Below the pieces are notes generated by a model. That model was not told where the DNA came from. It worked only from the letters and a program-made list of their open reading frames with translations, and did no database searches. A program made the translations under genes and the position numbers. From Paragordius varius (Eukaryota > Animalia > Nematomorpha), in contig OZ176057.1 of NCBI GenBank assembly GCA_964247055.1, positions 310,001-374,000 of the forward strand: a stretch of 64,000 nt of DNA, read 5' to 3'. Positions 53,101 through 64,000 of the stretch are shown here, piece after piece; the stretch's first letter is position 1; the number at the start of each line of letters is the position of its first letter.

Positions 53101-53958
53101 ATAATTTAAATTGTATTTTTTATACCCCCGATTTTAAACGCAAATAAAGGTTAAAATCTATAGTTTTGGCCCAAAATTTGGTATTATTATACAATTTAGT
53201 CTTTTTTGTTTGCAAAATCAAACAAATAATATATATCAACATTTAACACAGTGCGCATAAAATAATAAACGAACATGAGTTTTATCTAGAATAATAAGAA
53301 ATCTCTTGAATAAGACCCCAAAAATTTAAGGGCAAAAATGCACCCCAAGACGGAAATCTTCCATTTTAGATTTTTGTCCATATTTTTTCTTATTGAGCAA
53401 ACACGATAAAACTTTTATTTATCATATAAAACTTAATATATTCTTAAAAAAAATAATACATAAAATTATTTTAAAACATCATAAATTTTTAAATTCCACA
53501 AAAATTCGTAAATTTTATGACAGTGTCGAAATATGTTAAAAAAATTAATTGTAAAAACTACATGTTATTATTATTTAACTTTAATACTAAACATACCAAA
53601 GAGTTGGTGTTTCTAAAGCAATGTATCTTTTAAACAGTGTAATAACCTTGTTAACATATTGGGGTAAAAGTACGTGGTTAAAATTTAATTATAAAACATT
53701 GTCTATATATTTATTAGAGTTTTGTGACTTCTATAGTCTAAAATCGGCGGCTCCGAAACCGATTGAATTAAACAGCTATTTTAAAATCCAAATCCAATAT
53801 TCGATCATCAAATGTAATAAAGATACTAAAATAATTTAATTTCATTTTCTAAACATAATATCCCTCTTTTCCTATGTATTTTAAAAAAACTTAATAAAAA
53901 TAATGGCGGTGAAAAATTTGAGAAAATTATTTTTACAATTTTATATAATTTTAACACT

Positions 53959-54502
53959 TCGATTCGAATTGGGGTGTCTAAATACCCCAGACTAAATTTA
54001 AATAATATTTTTAAAAAACTACTGAAGGAAACGGTCCCATTTTAAATTTATGCTTCTATCCTGATTAAAATTATATAAATATGACAAAATATCTTGATAA
54101 AATTTTGTTTTGAACAAAAAGTTCCATCTCAAACTACTTCGACGTCATTTTTATTTTACAAAATTTTTGGAAAATATCGTCTCCATCTATTTTTAAAGGT
54201 AAAACTAAAGCTAATTTTTTATATAAATTACATCTAACATTGATGGAAATGGAAAAGCGGTTTATTTTGTATTATTTTTTAATTTTAAAATTTGACACAT
54301 GTCACGTTGACGAAATTTTTACCTTTCGGTTTTAGATTAAAATAAGTAATATCAAGTATTTTTGAATAAAATTTTTAATATACTCGGTTTATTAATGTTA
54401 TATAAGTGCAAAATTTTGCCATAGTTTCGATTCCTTCCATACTTTTTAAAGTATTAGATTTTAAACAGGCCTGGGGTATCCAACAACCCCAATTTGAATC
54501 GA
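53959..54502. mobile_element. Degenerate foldback MITE with ~80-bp TIRs
   Basis: TCGATTCGAATTGGGGTGTCTAAATACCCCAG... versus ...CTGGGGTATCCAACAACCCCAATTTGAATCGA. The right half recurs at ~52300-52490. Confidence 0.55.
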
Positions 54503-54801
54503 GGAACTAAAATGAGTGTGTTGTATCCAATTGTTAAAGGAATACTTGCATTATGTTAAGAGGCTACAGAAAGCATTTTATATTCAGCCTAATACCATAA
54601 TATTATTTAAAATATTTTTGTATTTCGAATCGCTTTGCGATAAACTACTTCAAAGGCTATAAAGTGTAAAATTGAGTTTCTTATTGCATCTCATATAAAA
54701 ATTATCAGTAATGATTATTAAAAAATAAATTATTATCAATACAAATATAAAACTGCTATGCATATCGTTTTAGCTGACGGTGTGAATTTGTGAATTTCAG
54801 C

Positions 54802-55113
54802 ATGATTAAAAATTATACACTTGTTAGAAATTTGTCAAAAGCTATTCCGAAAGATATTGACCCAATAAAAAGAATATTTCTGGAAAAAATTAGAGAGTTT
54901 GACATTAATAAACAGTAATTTTTGCTGATATTTAGTAAATCTCCTTCTATACAACGTGATTTGGAAGATGCTTTGAATCGGCTAAAAGCTGTTTATGTTC
55001 AAGGAGAAAAGGATAAAAATCTTGATGAATTTCCTCAAATTCAATATCAAGGTTAACTAAAAATATTTATTTTAGATGCTAAATTTGATTTGTTGGATAT
55101 AACTAAAAATTAG
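54802..55113 (+). CDS. ATP5PF: Mitochondrial ATP synthase coupling factor 6 (F6), 88 aa
   Basis: Exons 54802-54914, 54936-55051 and 55076-55113, with introns of 21 and 24 nt. Product MIKNYTLVRNLSKAIPKDIDPIKRIFLEKIREF...IQRDLEDALNRLKAVY...NLDEFPQIQYQDAKFDLL (cf. KELDPIQKLFVDKIREY...QQELERELFKLKQMF...MNTFPTFKFEDPKFEVI). Confidence 0.85.
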
Positions 55114-57160
55114 AAACCTTTTTTGACTTAATTGGATTCACATAATAAATAAAAATGTTTTGCATTTTATAATATATAAAATCTTATGTCAGTTTTTAAA
55201 AAAGGTATATTGTTTGATAATGTAATTCTTATTAATAAAATTAATAACTTTTTTTAGTGCTAAATTATATATCGGATTGCTTTAATAATGGTATTTTTGT
55301 TAAATAATCAAAAAATTAAAATGTTTGGGAAAATAATAGTTTTCCATAACAATTGGGCTATGATCAATTAAAACAGTATTATTATTTTGTAAGCATTTCT
55401 TTATTATAGGTCCTTTACATCCATCATTGTCATATTGCAATGTTTTCGAAAAATACGAAGTTTTAACGTATAAAATCTTTCGAACGAAATGTCACAACTG
55501 AAAGACAATTATTAATTTTTTAACACGGCCATTTTAAAAAAAAAATTGTAAAAAATTATTGATTCTGTTACCATTGCGGTGTAAAACAATTAGTTCTATA
55601 GCGGCCTTTGAAAAACTATGTTTCTTATACTTATTATAATAGAACAAGCCGAAGAAAAAAATGCAAATCTCTAACACTTTTACCTCCTTTGGAAGGAGTA
55701 AATAGCGTATAATGGATATATTCTGTCTGAATTTCAAATTTTTACTGTAATATTTACTAGCGCCAAAATTATGATTACAGACCTTTTTAAGCACTCAGTG
55801 TTCGTATTGAGTGGTTTTTTCTGATAAATTTTAATTTATGTCAGTTTATTATTACTTTCGCAATCAATTTTATATCAAACCTACTGTTTGAATAAATAGT
55901 AATTAAATTTAATATTTATCATGCATACATTAACTTTGAAAAGCTTTTTTTCTGATAAATTTTCAAATTTTTAAAATGAGTATCAGTATCAGGGGTCAAA
56001 CAAGATCAATTTGACTTGACAGTTTCAGTCTGCACAAGACTCCCCAATCCCCTTCACAGCATAGCTTTCACGGGGCATTGATTACAAAAGTTTGATTTAT
56101 TCTAATATAAATAGGGAAGTTATATTTAAAGTTATAGCGGTTTACATTTATTCAAAAAAAATTTATTGATTACATTTATTATATTAAAATATTTTTTTGT
56201 TTATATTTTATTGTATTTAATAAGTTATCTTCAAAGGAAAAAAATGGTTGTTTCTATATCCAATTATTTGCAATAAAATGCTTGATGTACGTAAAGTATT
56301 TTGATTCAGTTAATATTACCGTATTTATTTAAGGTACAGTTAAAATATTGTAACATCGGCACATATGGGACCATAATTTTTTAAGCGTTTTGGGAAAACC
56401 TTCTTTTGTTTCTCATTCGATTGCATTTGCTAGAGTTGAAAGTTGCTGAGTTAAGAAATTTTATACGAAACTAAAATTATAAATCAAAGCCTTTGCACAC
56501 AGGGTAAGTTGTTAGACGTTTAATCTTATAAAGAAATATAAAGAGTTTTTTGAAATTACAGTTTTTAATTTTATATCCAATGTCAGAACAATATCATTTT
56601 TCCATGACGGTTATCGAACCAAGTTACATATGTCAAGTAAATTTAATATTCAGATGCGTTTTCTATTTTTTGGCAAATTTGACTGTAAAAAATATATGCC
56701 CGTAAAATTTTTATTGGGAAGACCAAAAATAATTTGAAATTAGGTTTATTATATAATTATTTTTATAGATGGTGCTCACATAATTTTGTTGTATATATAT
56801 TAATAAATTTAAATTAATGACCACTGTCCTATGATAATGTTTATATGAAAAAGAAAATTTATAATAAATAAAATACGTCTCAGAAAAAGTTATTTTCATT
56901 CTAAGAAATCAATCTAATCCGACAAATATCATCATTTATTTAAATAGTGTAAATGAGCATAAATAATATATGGTAATTATAATTCAAACAAAAAAGTGGT
57001 AAGTATGTATATAGACAAAATAGCAAAATATTTAATAAGAAAAAATATAAATGAAATAATTATATATGTAATATAAGTTAAGAACTTTAAAGATATGCGC
57101 CATCTAAATACTCTCCTCCAAATTTTAAATGCATTATATTTATTTGGTTTACATCTTATC

Positions 57161-60100
57161 TTAGATAGAGCATACAACACAAGGTATTTCACGACCATCG
57201 GGATATTCCGAACAAGGCAAAGAACCGCATTTTGTTTCAACCAGAAAGAGAGCGGTTCCTTCACCAAACGTATTTTCAGGCAAATCGTAGGCTTCTGGTT
57301 CTTCATCCACGCAAATATAACTGGTGCGAGAGTTGTGTAATCCTTCATATTTTTCTCTAGACTTGCCTTCTTGAGTCGAAGGAAAATTAGAAATGGCAGA
57401 GGATGAGGCCATCAAATAGCCTTCATATTCAAGATGCCAAGCGTCCGAAGGACATTTGCTCATAGCCGGAAACATTATATTTTCTGATCTTCCTTGAACC
57501 CGACATAGAACACATACAGATCCACTGCGAGCTAAAGCTGACGTTCCAAATCTATCAGGAGCAATGGGTTTTGGGGCATTATGCTCCCGGTGGCGCCTTG
57601 TTTCATCTCGGGGATTCACTTCATTGTTATGAGAGTTTGATTGAAAACGCCTGCTTTCAGGACGCCGCAAAGTGTTGTAGGAAAAGGGTTGGGAGGATTG
57701 CCTTTTGCTCCTACGCGATCTTTCGTTCCTATTGGCATTTTGGGTAAAAATTCGAATCCTATACTCTGTTCCATATATAGTTGCATGAGATTGGAATCCT
57801 GGCACGTGCTCTTTCCATGTGGGTTTGCTCGGAAAACACAAAAAATTGGAACCGCTATCTCCCTGATTGAAGTGACCTCCAGCAATATAACCTAAAATAT
57901 AATTAAATCGTTACCGTCATATATTTTTTGACTACCAGATCTGCATTCACTTCTTCCCCAACGTGTGTAGATCGTGGTTAAATACTGTGAAAAATCTTTG
58001 GGTGCTTCTCTGCTTATGATTGTTGGAACAATATCTTCTAAAAATCAATTTATTACAGTAAAAATTGAAAATATACCGACAAAAACGTAGAAACAGTAAG
58101 ACTAATATTTTTTTAAAAAACCGCTATACTTTTTTAAAATTATTTTTTTTATCATAACTCATTGTACGCTGTAAATTATGAGATAGAGATGTAAATTGGT
58201 AAGATAGTCAGTTATATTAAAATTGTAATTAAATAGTTTCTATAGGAAAGCTTAAGCTTTAGAAGTATGATTATCCCTCGAAAAAATATTTGAATTTTAC
58301 TTTTTACGTTTTGTCTGTATAATTTCAATTTTTAATCTATAACTGATTTATTCATTACTAAAAAACAGTAGTCAAATTTATATGAGGTAAAAATTACTTT
58401 TAAACGATTTGTCCCAATCCTCATGGGCATCAGGGAATTCGGTATAACAGCCTTTTTCGCAGTATCCAGGCTTACCTGGGAGACCGGGAAGACCGGGCTC
58501 ACCCGGTGCCCCTGGTAATCCCTTGTCCCCCTTTTCGCCCGGCCATCCTGGGGCGCCAATATCCCCCTTCGATCCTGGAGAACCATCTTTCCCATTCCTT
58601 CCAGGTGCTCCTTGCCGGCCTGGCTCTCCTGGCCAACCAGGTAATCCTATACTTATGAAATAATGACAAAAAAGGTTAGGTAACAACAGAGTAAACTTAA
58701 ATCAAAATTACGAAAAAATGATTATGACCAAAACTTGATGGGTTACTGTGGATAATTTTGACACCTACGTTTGCATAATTTTTTAAGGACAATGTCTATT
58801 TTCATAGTATTTTATCGTATTTAAAAATTATATGGGCTCTGAGTTTTAAACCCGTAATAATTTTTAGGGATTTAATCAGCTAGGAAGTTAATATAAATAT
58901 TTATGCCTTTATCCCCAGGCGCTCCCGGAACGCCATCTTTTCCTGGTTTCCCGTGAGGTCCGATGTCTCCAGGATATCCAGGCTTTCCAGGTTCTCCTAT
59001 TAGACCAGGGTCCCCTTTATGGCCCTAAAAAATATAAATTACAATTTAGCCATCCATGTTGAATGATTTAAAATTATTTATGAGCAGTTACTGGTAATCC
59101 AGGTAATCCCGATTCCCCATCTTTTCCAGGCCATCCAGGCTTTCCTATCGGTCCTGGTTCGCCAGGCGGTCCTTGAGGCCCATCTTTTCCGTCAAATCCA
59201 GGGGGGCCGATTGCACCCTTAAAAAATATTATTAATATATGGATAATGAAAAAAATATGGTATAGGGATATTGTTTTCGTGCATATATATATATATATAT
59301 AATATGTATATATATTTATATTTGCTTTTATAAAGAATTACTGGCTCCCCTGAAGATCCAGGCAATCCGTCTTTTCCCGGCCAACCAGGTGGACCTGGCA
59401 AACCATCTTTACCAGGAACTCCGTCAACTCCATTCAGTCCATCTTTTCCAGGTATTCCAGATGGGCCCTCAAAAGAAACATCAATATAGTAATGTAATAC
59501 AGTATAACAAATAGAATTTAGATTTTGATGCATATCTGCTATATTTCAACCTAACTCCTAAAAATAGTACTATAACTTTGTGATAGTAATAAATATATAA
59601 ATACTGGCAGTCCTGGTGCTCCAGGAGGCCCAGGAAGCCCTTCAAGTCCTTCTTTTCCGGGCAAACCATCTTGACCTGGCGCGCCATCATGACCTTTATC
59701 ACCGGGTTGTCCTGGGTCTCCATGTGGACCCTAATCATGAAGCAAATAAATACAGTTATGATTGGGTTTTTGCCAGTTTAGTTATAATAACCGGCCAACC
59801 GCTTATGAATGCAGTATATATGGTCATAAGTCATATTAATCAAAAGAATAAAATATATGTTGATGGTCATAAGTCATATTAATCATAAGAATAAAATATA
59901 TGTTGTTACCAAACCAAATAAAACTAATTGAATTTTTTTACAGTCGCAATATGATAAGTAATTCTAATTTATAATTATATGGTATTGAAAATTTCGAGTA
60001 CTTTATATGAATATTAGTAAATACATGTTTTTTTCAGTTAGTTTTTATAAACGGTCATATAAGTCAGACTCAACCCTAATTACGGTATCAAATTTGTCGA

Positions 60101-63100
60101 AAACAAGTATAATTCATACCCTGTCTCCTGGAGGTCCCGGACTACCGTCTCGACCCGGAGATCCCGGCATTCCAGGCTCACCATCTTTTCCCGACCAGCC
60201 AGGGAGCCCTTCTTTACCATCCAATCCTGGGGGACCTGGATCTCCCTAATGATATATGCACTTTATGAGTATGAAATTAAGTTTGTGTAAATTTGTTAAA
60301 AATTCACCGGATGTCCCTTTTCTCCAGGCAAACCAGGCGGCCCAGGAAGACCAGGCACTCCATCATTCCCGTCACGTCCTGGGATCCCAGGGATTTTTTC
60401 GAGTTGCGTCAATCCAGGATCGCCCTTTTCACCCTAAGATGATCAAATTGAAAAAAAAATAAAAATGGTTAAGCAATGAATAACTGTATACCTTTGGCCC
60501 TGGTGGACCTGGCCAGCCATCTTTTCCAGGCGGTCCCGGAACACCATCCTTTCCGTCCCAACCCGGTTTCCCAGGTTCACCTGGAATCCCTGGGGGCCCC
60601 TTGGGACCTTTTTCTCCCTACATTTTTATTAAATAAATTATTTTTAAATAGAATAAGATTGAAAATATACAGACAAAATGTAAAAATTAAACAAAATTTT
60701 TTAAAAAGACAACTATGCTTTTTAAAGCTTGTTTCGTTTTTACTGCAAACTTACTAATCACAATTTTAAATATATAATTGTGTGTTGCTTATGTGACCTC
60801 TTTTTGTGCTGCCCTAAAAAACGAAATTTAAAAAATGTAGTTGTTTTTAAAAAAAATATTTAACTTTTTAATTTTTACTTTTTGTCCATATATTTTCAAT
60901 TTTTAGTATAGAAGAATGAAATATTTGTATACTTACTTGTATGCCCTTATCACCCGGAACTCCGTCTAAGCCAGGCGGTCCAGGAGGACCCGAACTTCCA
61001 GGCCTTCCGTCATGACCATCTTTTCCTTCCCATCCTGGGGGACCTCGTAATCCTGGTGGTCCCTTCATTTTAAATGGAGTTATTGTTCGTAAGATTAGTA
61101 ATATATTGACTTTAAATGAATCAAATACATACTCTTTCTCCAGGTTTCCCATCAATCCCATTTTTACCAGGCCAACCATTTTTCCCGTCTTTTCCATCTC
61201 TACCGGGCGCGCCATCTTTGCCCGGATATCCGTCTTTTCCAGGCAAACCGTGCGGACCGCGCATACAATTGCTTCCTTTGCAGTGGGATCCGCCACTTCC
61301 TCCGCCAACTTTGCATTAATTAAAACATCAGTCATATACATTCGAACCTTTTCTTTTTGTAAATTGACCCTTTTTTATTTATCAGTATCCCTTTTTTCGC
61401 GCAAAATTCTGTGACTTTTTTTTATAAAACCATGGTAAAAATAAATTTAAATTATGTTTAATATTTATTCGAAAATTGCACTATAAATAGGATAGATTTT
61501 ATTATCTTTAAAAACATATATGATTACCAATCACAAATAAATTCATTTTAACTTAAAAACCTTTATTTTTTTATTTTGTAACTTGAAAATATTTTGTACG
61601 GATTATTCTTCCGCATAAATTTTTTATTGCCAATATAAAATAATCATTATTTATGATTGACCTTTTTTGCCATTTTTTGCGACCGTGTCTCGTACAAAAA
61701 GAGTTTTGGCTCTAAAAAAATAATTAAAATTGAAACTCCTCTTTTAATATACAATTAATAATAAATTAGACTCTGAAAAATATATAAACTAGTAACTTCG
61801 AAACGCGGCCCATTTGATTTAAGCATTCTCTATTAAAAATAGGCAAATCTTAATTACTTACGCCAATATTAAGTCAAAATTGTAACTCTTTTTATTATTA
61901 TAGTAATTACATTATAATACAATGTAAAATCAACCAATATCTCATAATTTATTGGTACTTGCTAAAGTTATATTATAACACGATTTTATTTAAAATTTAA
62001 AGAATATGTTGAAAAAGTTAGTTTTTCGATATTATACGTTTTACATTCTTGAGTAAATATTTGGACAAATTAGAATTTTTATTGATCACTTCTATCATAA
62101 TGCGAAAAAATTTGTTATAATCACGGCATCAAGCATTTCATATCTCAAATTTATGAATATGATGACATAACGCAATCATTTTGTTGGCTAAATATTATAA
62201 ATTAGATTCCCTGAGCATTTAAAATGTTATAATAAAATTAATGCCACAACAGTTGCCAATAATGTTTAACTCGATATTAAATCCGTCATATTTCCCATTC
62301 GTAAGGGTTATAATTAACTTAAACTTCATACGCATATACACTTGAACGCAATCATAAAGGAACAAATTTTATGAACGAGCCAATACGATTAAAAATACGT
62401 AATTTATGTTATTTGAGATATAAAAACATTAGGCTTTTACTTTCAGTTAATTAAATGTAAAAAGTTTCTTGGTTTTTTAAAAATTTTAAAACTTATTATT
62501 TGCACAACAAAATGTTTTAAACTAATTATCTTTAAATTATAAAATGTCTTATTAAAATAACGGAGACTGCCTAAAAACAACAATTTATTGAAAAACCCAG
62601 TAGCCCTTATAATAACTTTTAAAGTATGTAAAAGAAGCTAATATACTTCCCAAAATTCATAACAACCCATTTTTATTAGTATAAAGGTAGTAACGAAAAT
62701 TAAAAACAATAAATCCTACAGTCGTTTTATATAAACATATTTAATCGTAAATAAAGATAATGCAACAAAATATTAATTTCAAATTTTATTCACAGAAAAT
62801 CCAATCCAGATATTTATGCAAAATGAAACATTTTACTTTAAATTATCAAAAAGGAAAACTTACGCCAAGGCGGTCTTTCAAAACTTGTTGGTTCATCTAG
62901 AGCTGTGTCAGAGGGAGATTTGTCTTGCGAAGATGGCCGCAACCCCCAACCCCCGACTGTGCTTCCCAAAGATAGACCTCGGGCTTCAAAATTAAAGTTT
63001 TCATGTTTGCTAATTTGTCCGTCATTCTTTTCTTCGCTGAACCCTAACTGCGCCGCAGGTTTGGGATTTGGTTGATCAACACTTTTTTCCTTTCGGGAAT

Positions 63101-63638
63101 GTTTGTTTTCTTCCTTGACTTTCGCAACTATTTCTCGTTCCGGAACTGGCCGAGTCGGAGTCGGCTGAGAGCGGTTGAAGTTGGAAACAGAACCACTGAA
63201 AGCTCCAAAAGCCCCAAAAGAAGCGAAATTACGAAAGGCCGCTAAAGGTCTATTGAAGCGTGATGTGACATCATCTATTTGCCATCCTATCTTCAATTTT
63301 TTGTTGTGTTTTGAATGTGGAGTTGATGCAGGTTGAACCGGTTTCGTTGGCAGTGGATACGAGTTTATTGTATATTTTTTAATCTGATTTATCCTTTCTA
63401 AAACATTGGAATGAGCATTTCTAGTTTGAGGTGAGTTGCTTATGTTTAGCCGATTGCGACCCTTGGTATTATAATATTTTATGAAAAATGATAATTTAAA
63501 TAATAATTGTTTAAAATTTACTTGAGTGTTCGTATGTATTGCTGTTGAACCAAATATGGGGGAATTTTGGATACCATTGGAAAATTGACCAATAATGAGT
63601 GGTAGGAATGCGATATGGCAAACGATGAATATGTACAT
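57161..63638 (-). CDS. Secreted collagen (~145 Gly-X-Y triplets) with a short-chain collagen C4 / CTHRC1-type C-terminal domain
   Basis: Secure exons: 61308-61133, 61062-60937, 60617-60492, 60433-60308, 60245-60120, 59730-59605, 59467-59342, 59217-59092, 59024-58907, 58646-58398, 58037-57915 and 57891-57161. C-domain motifs [78 protein letters not shown]. The 5' part is inferred: signal-peptide ORF 63638-62864 (phase-1 donor C|gtaagt, probable 60-nt intron 63521-63462), joined via optional exon 61408-61340. Confidence 0.85.
58056..58337. mobile_element. CAGTAAAA-family MITE in a collagen intron
   Basis: TA|CAGTAAAAATTGAAAATATACCGACAAAAACGTAG ... TTTTTACGTTTTGTCTGTATAATTTCAATTTTTA. Confidence 0.75.
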
Positions 63639-64000
63639 TTTGAGAATATTAATAACACAATTTTGATGAAATAATAAATTGGATTAATCCTTGGGCGGAC
63701 CTGCGTGGGGCGGGAAGGATTAAAAAAGGCCAGAAAAATTTGATAAAAATTGGGTGCAATTTATGAGCTGGACGTGATTGATAACATTGTTATGTTTTTC
63801 ATTGTAAAAGAAGCGAGACCATGTATGGTGATAAAATGTCAAGAATGGAAAACTTAATATATTTAATATAGCATATTTACTTTGCAACACAAATTTTTTT
63901 AAAAAACAAATTTTTAATTGTTTTTACAAAATTTATTGTCCGCCCTTTTAATGGCGGAGATAAATGAAATTACATTTGCATTCTGCTACAATTATTAGTT

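Noticed and set aside
60007-61414. Plus-strand Pro/Ser-rich ORFs and minus-strand ORFs 58332-58595, 59481-59738 and most of 60868-61341
   Set aside because: Antisense or off-frame shadows of Gly-X-Y codons.
1-64000. tRNA, rRNA, prokaryotic operons or an alternative genetic code
   Set aside because: None recognised; all spliced gene models translate cleanly with the standard code.

Overview
Very AT-rich, gene-poor animal genomic DNA with spliceosomal introns; not prokaryotic. Splicing by hand recovers genes the ORF track fragments or misses: (1) an Lgl/tomosyn-family WD40 gene (-, >=11 exons, ~15.7 kb to <450); (2) an intact 374-aa PAK/STE20-type kinase with an N-terminal Cys6 run (-, 43089-49498), plus two decayed 3' copies; (3) ATP synthase coupling factor 6 (+, 54802-55113); (4) a collagen with a short-chain-collagen-C4/CTHRC1-type C-terminal domain (-, 57161 to probably 63638); plus tentative exons of two other genes. 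Several introns are only 21-25 nt, alongside introns of hundreds to thousands of nt. The standout is an 8.3-kb IS630/Tc1-type element (3230-11524, TA-CAGT...ACTG-TA) inside a 9.1-kb intron of the Lgl-like gene. It is almost entirely one palindrome: two ~4-kb arms around a 281-bp spacer. Each arm carries a split DD29E transposase, a candidate orphan passenger gene with a 23-nt intron, and a decayed inverted transposase copy. The rest is decayed mariner and hAT elements, MITEs, a foldback element and a ~161-bp satellite grown from that foldback family. All alignments and family calls were made by eye from motif knowledge; no searches were run.
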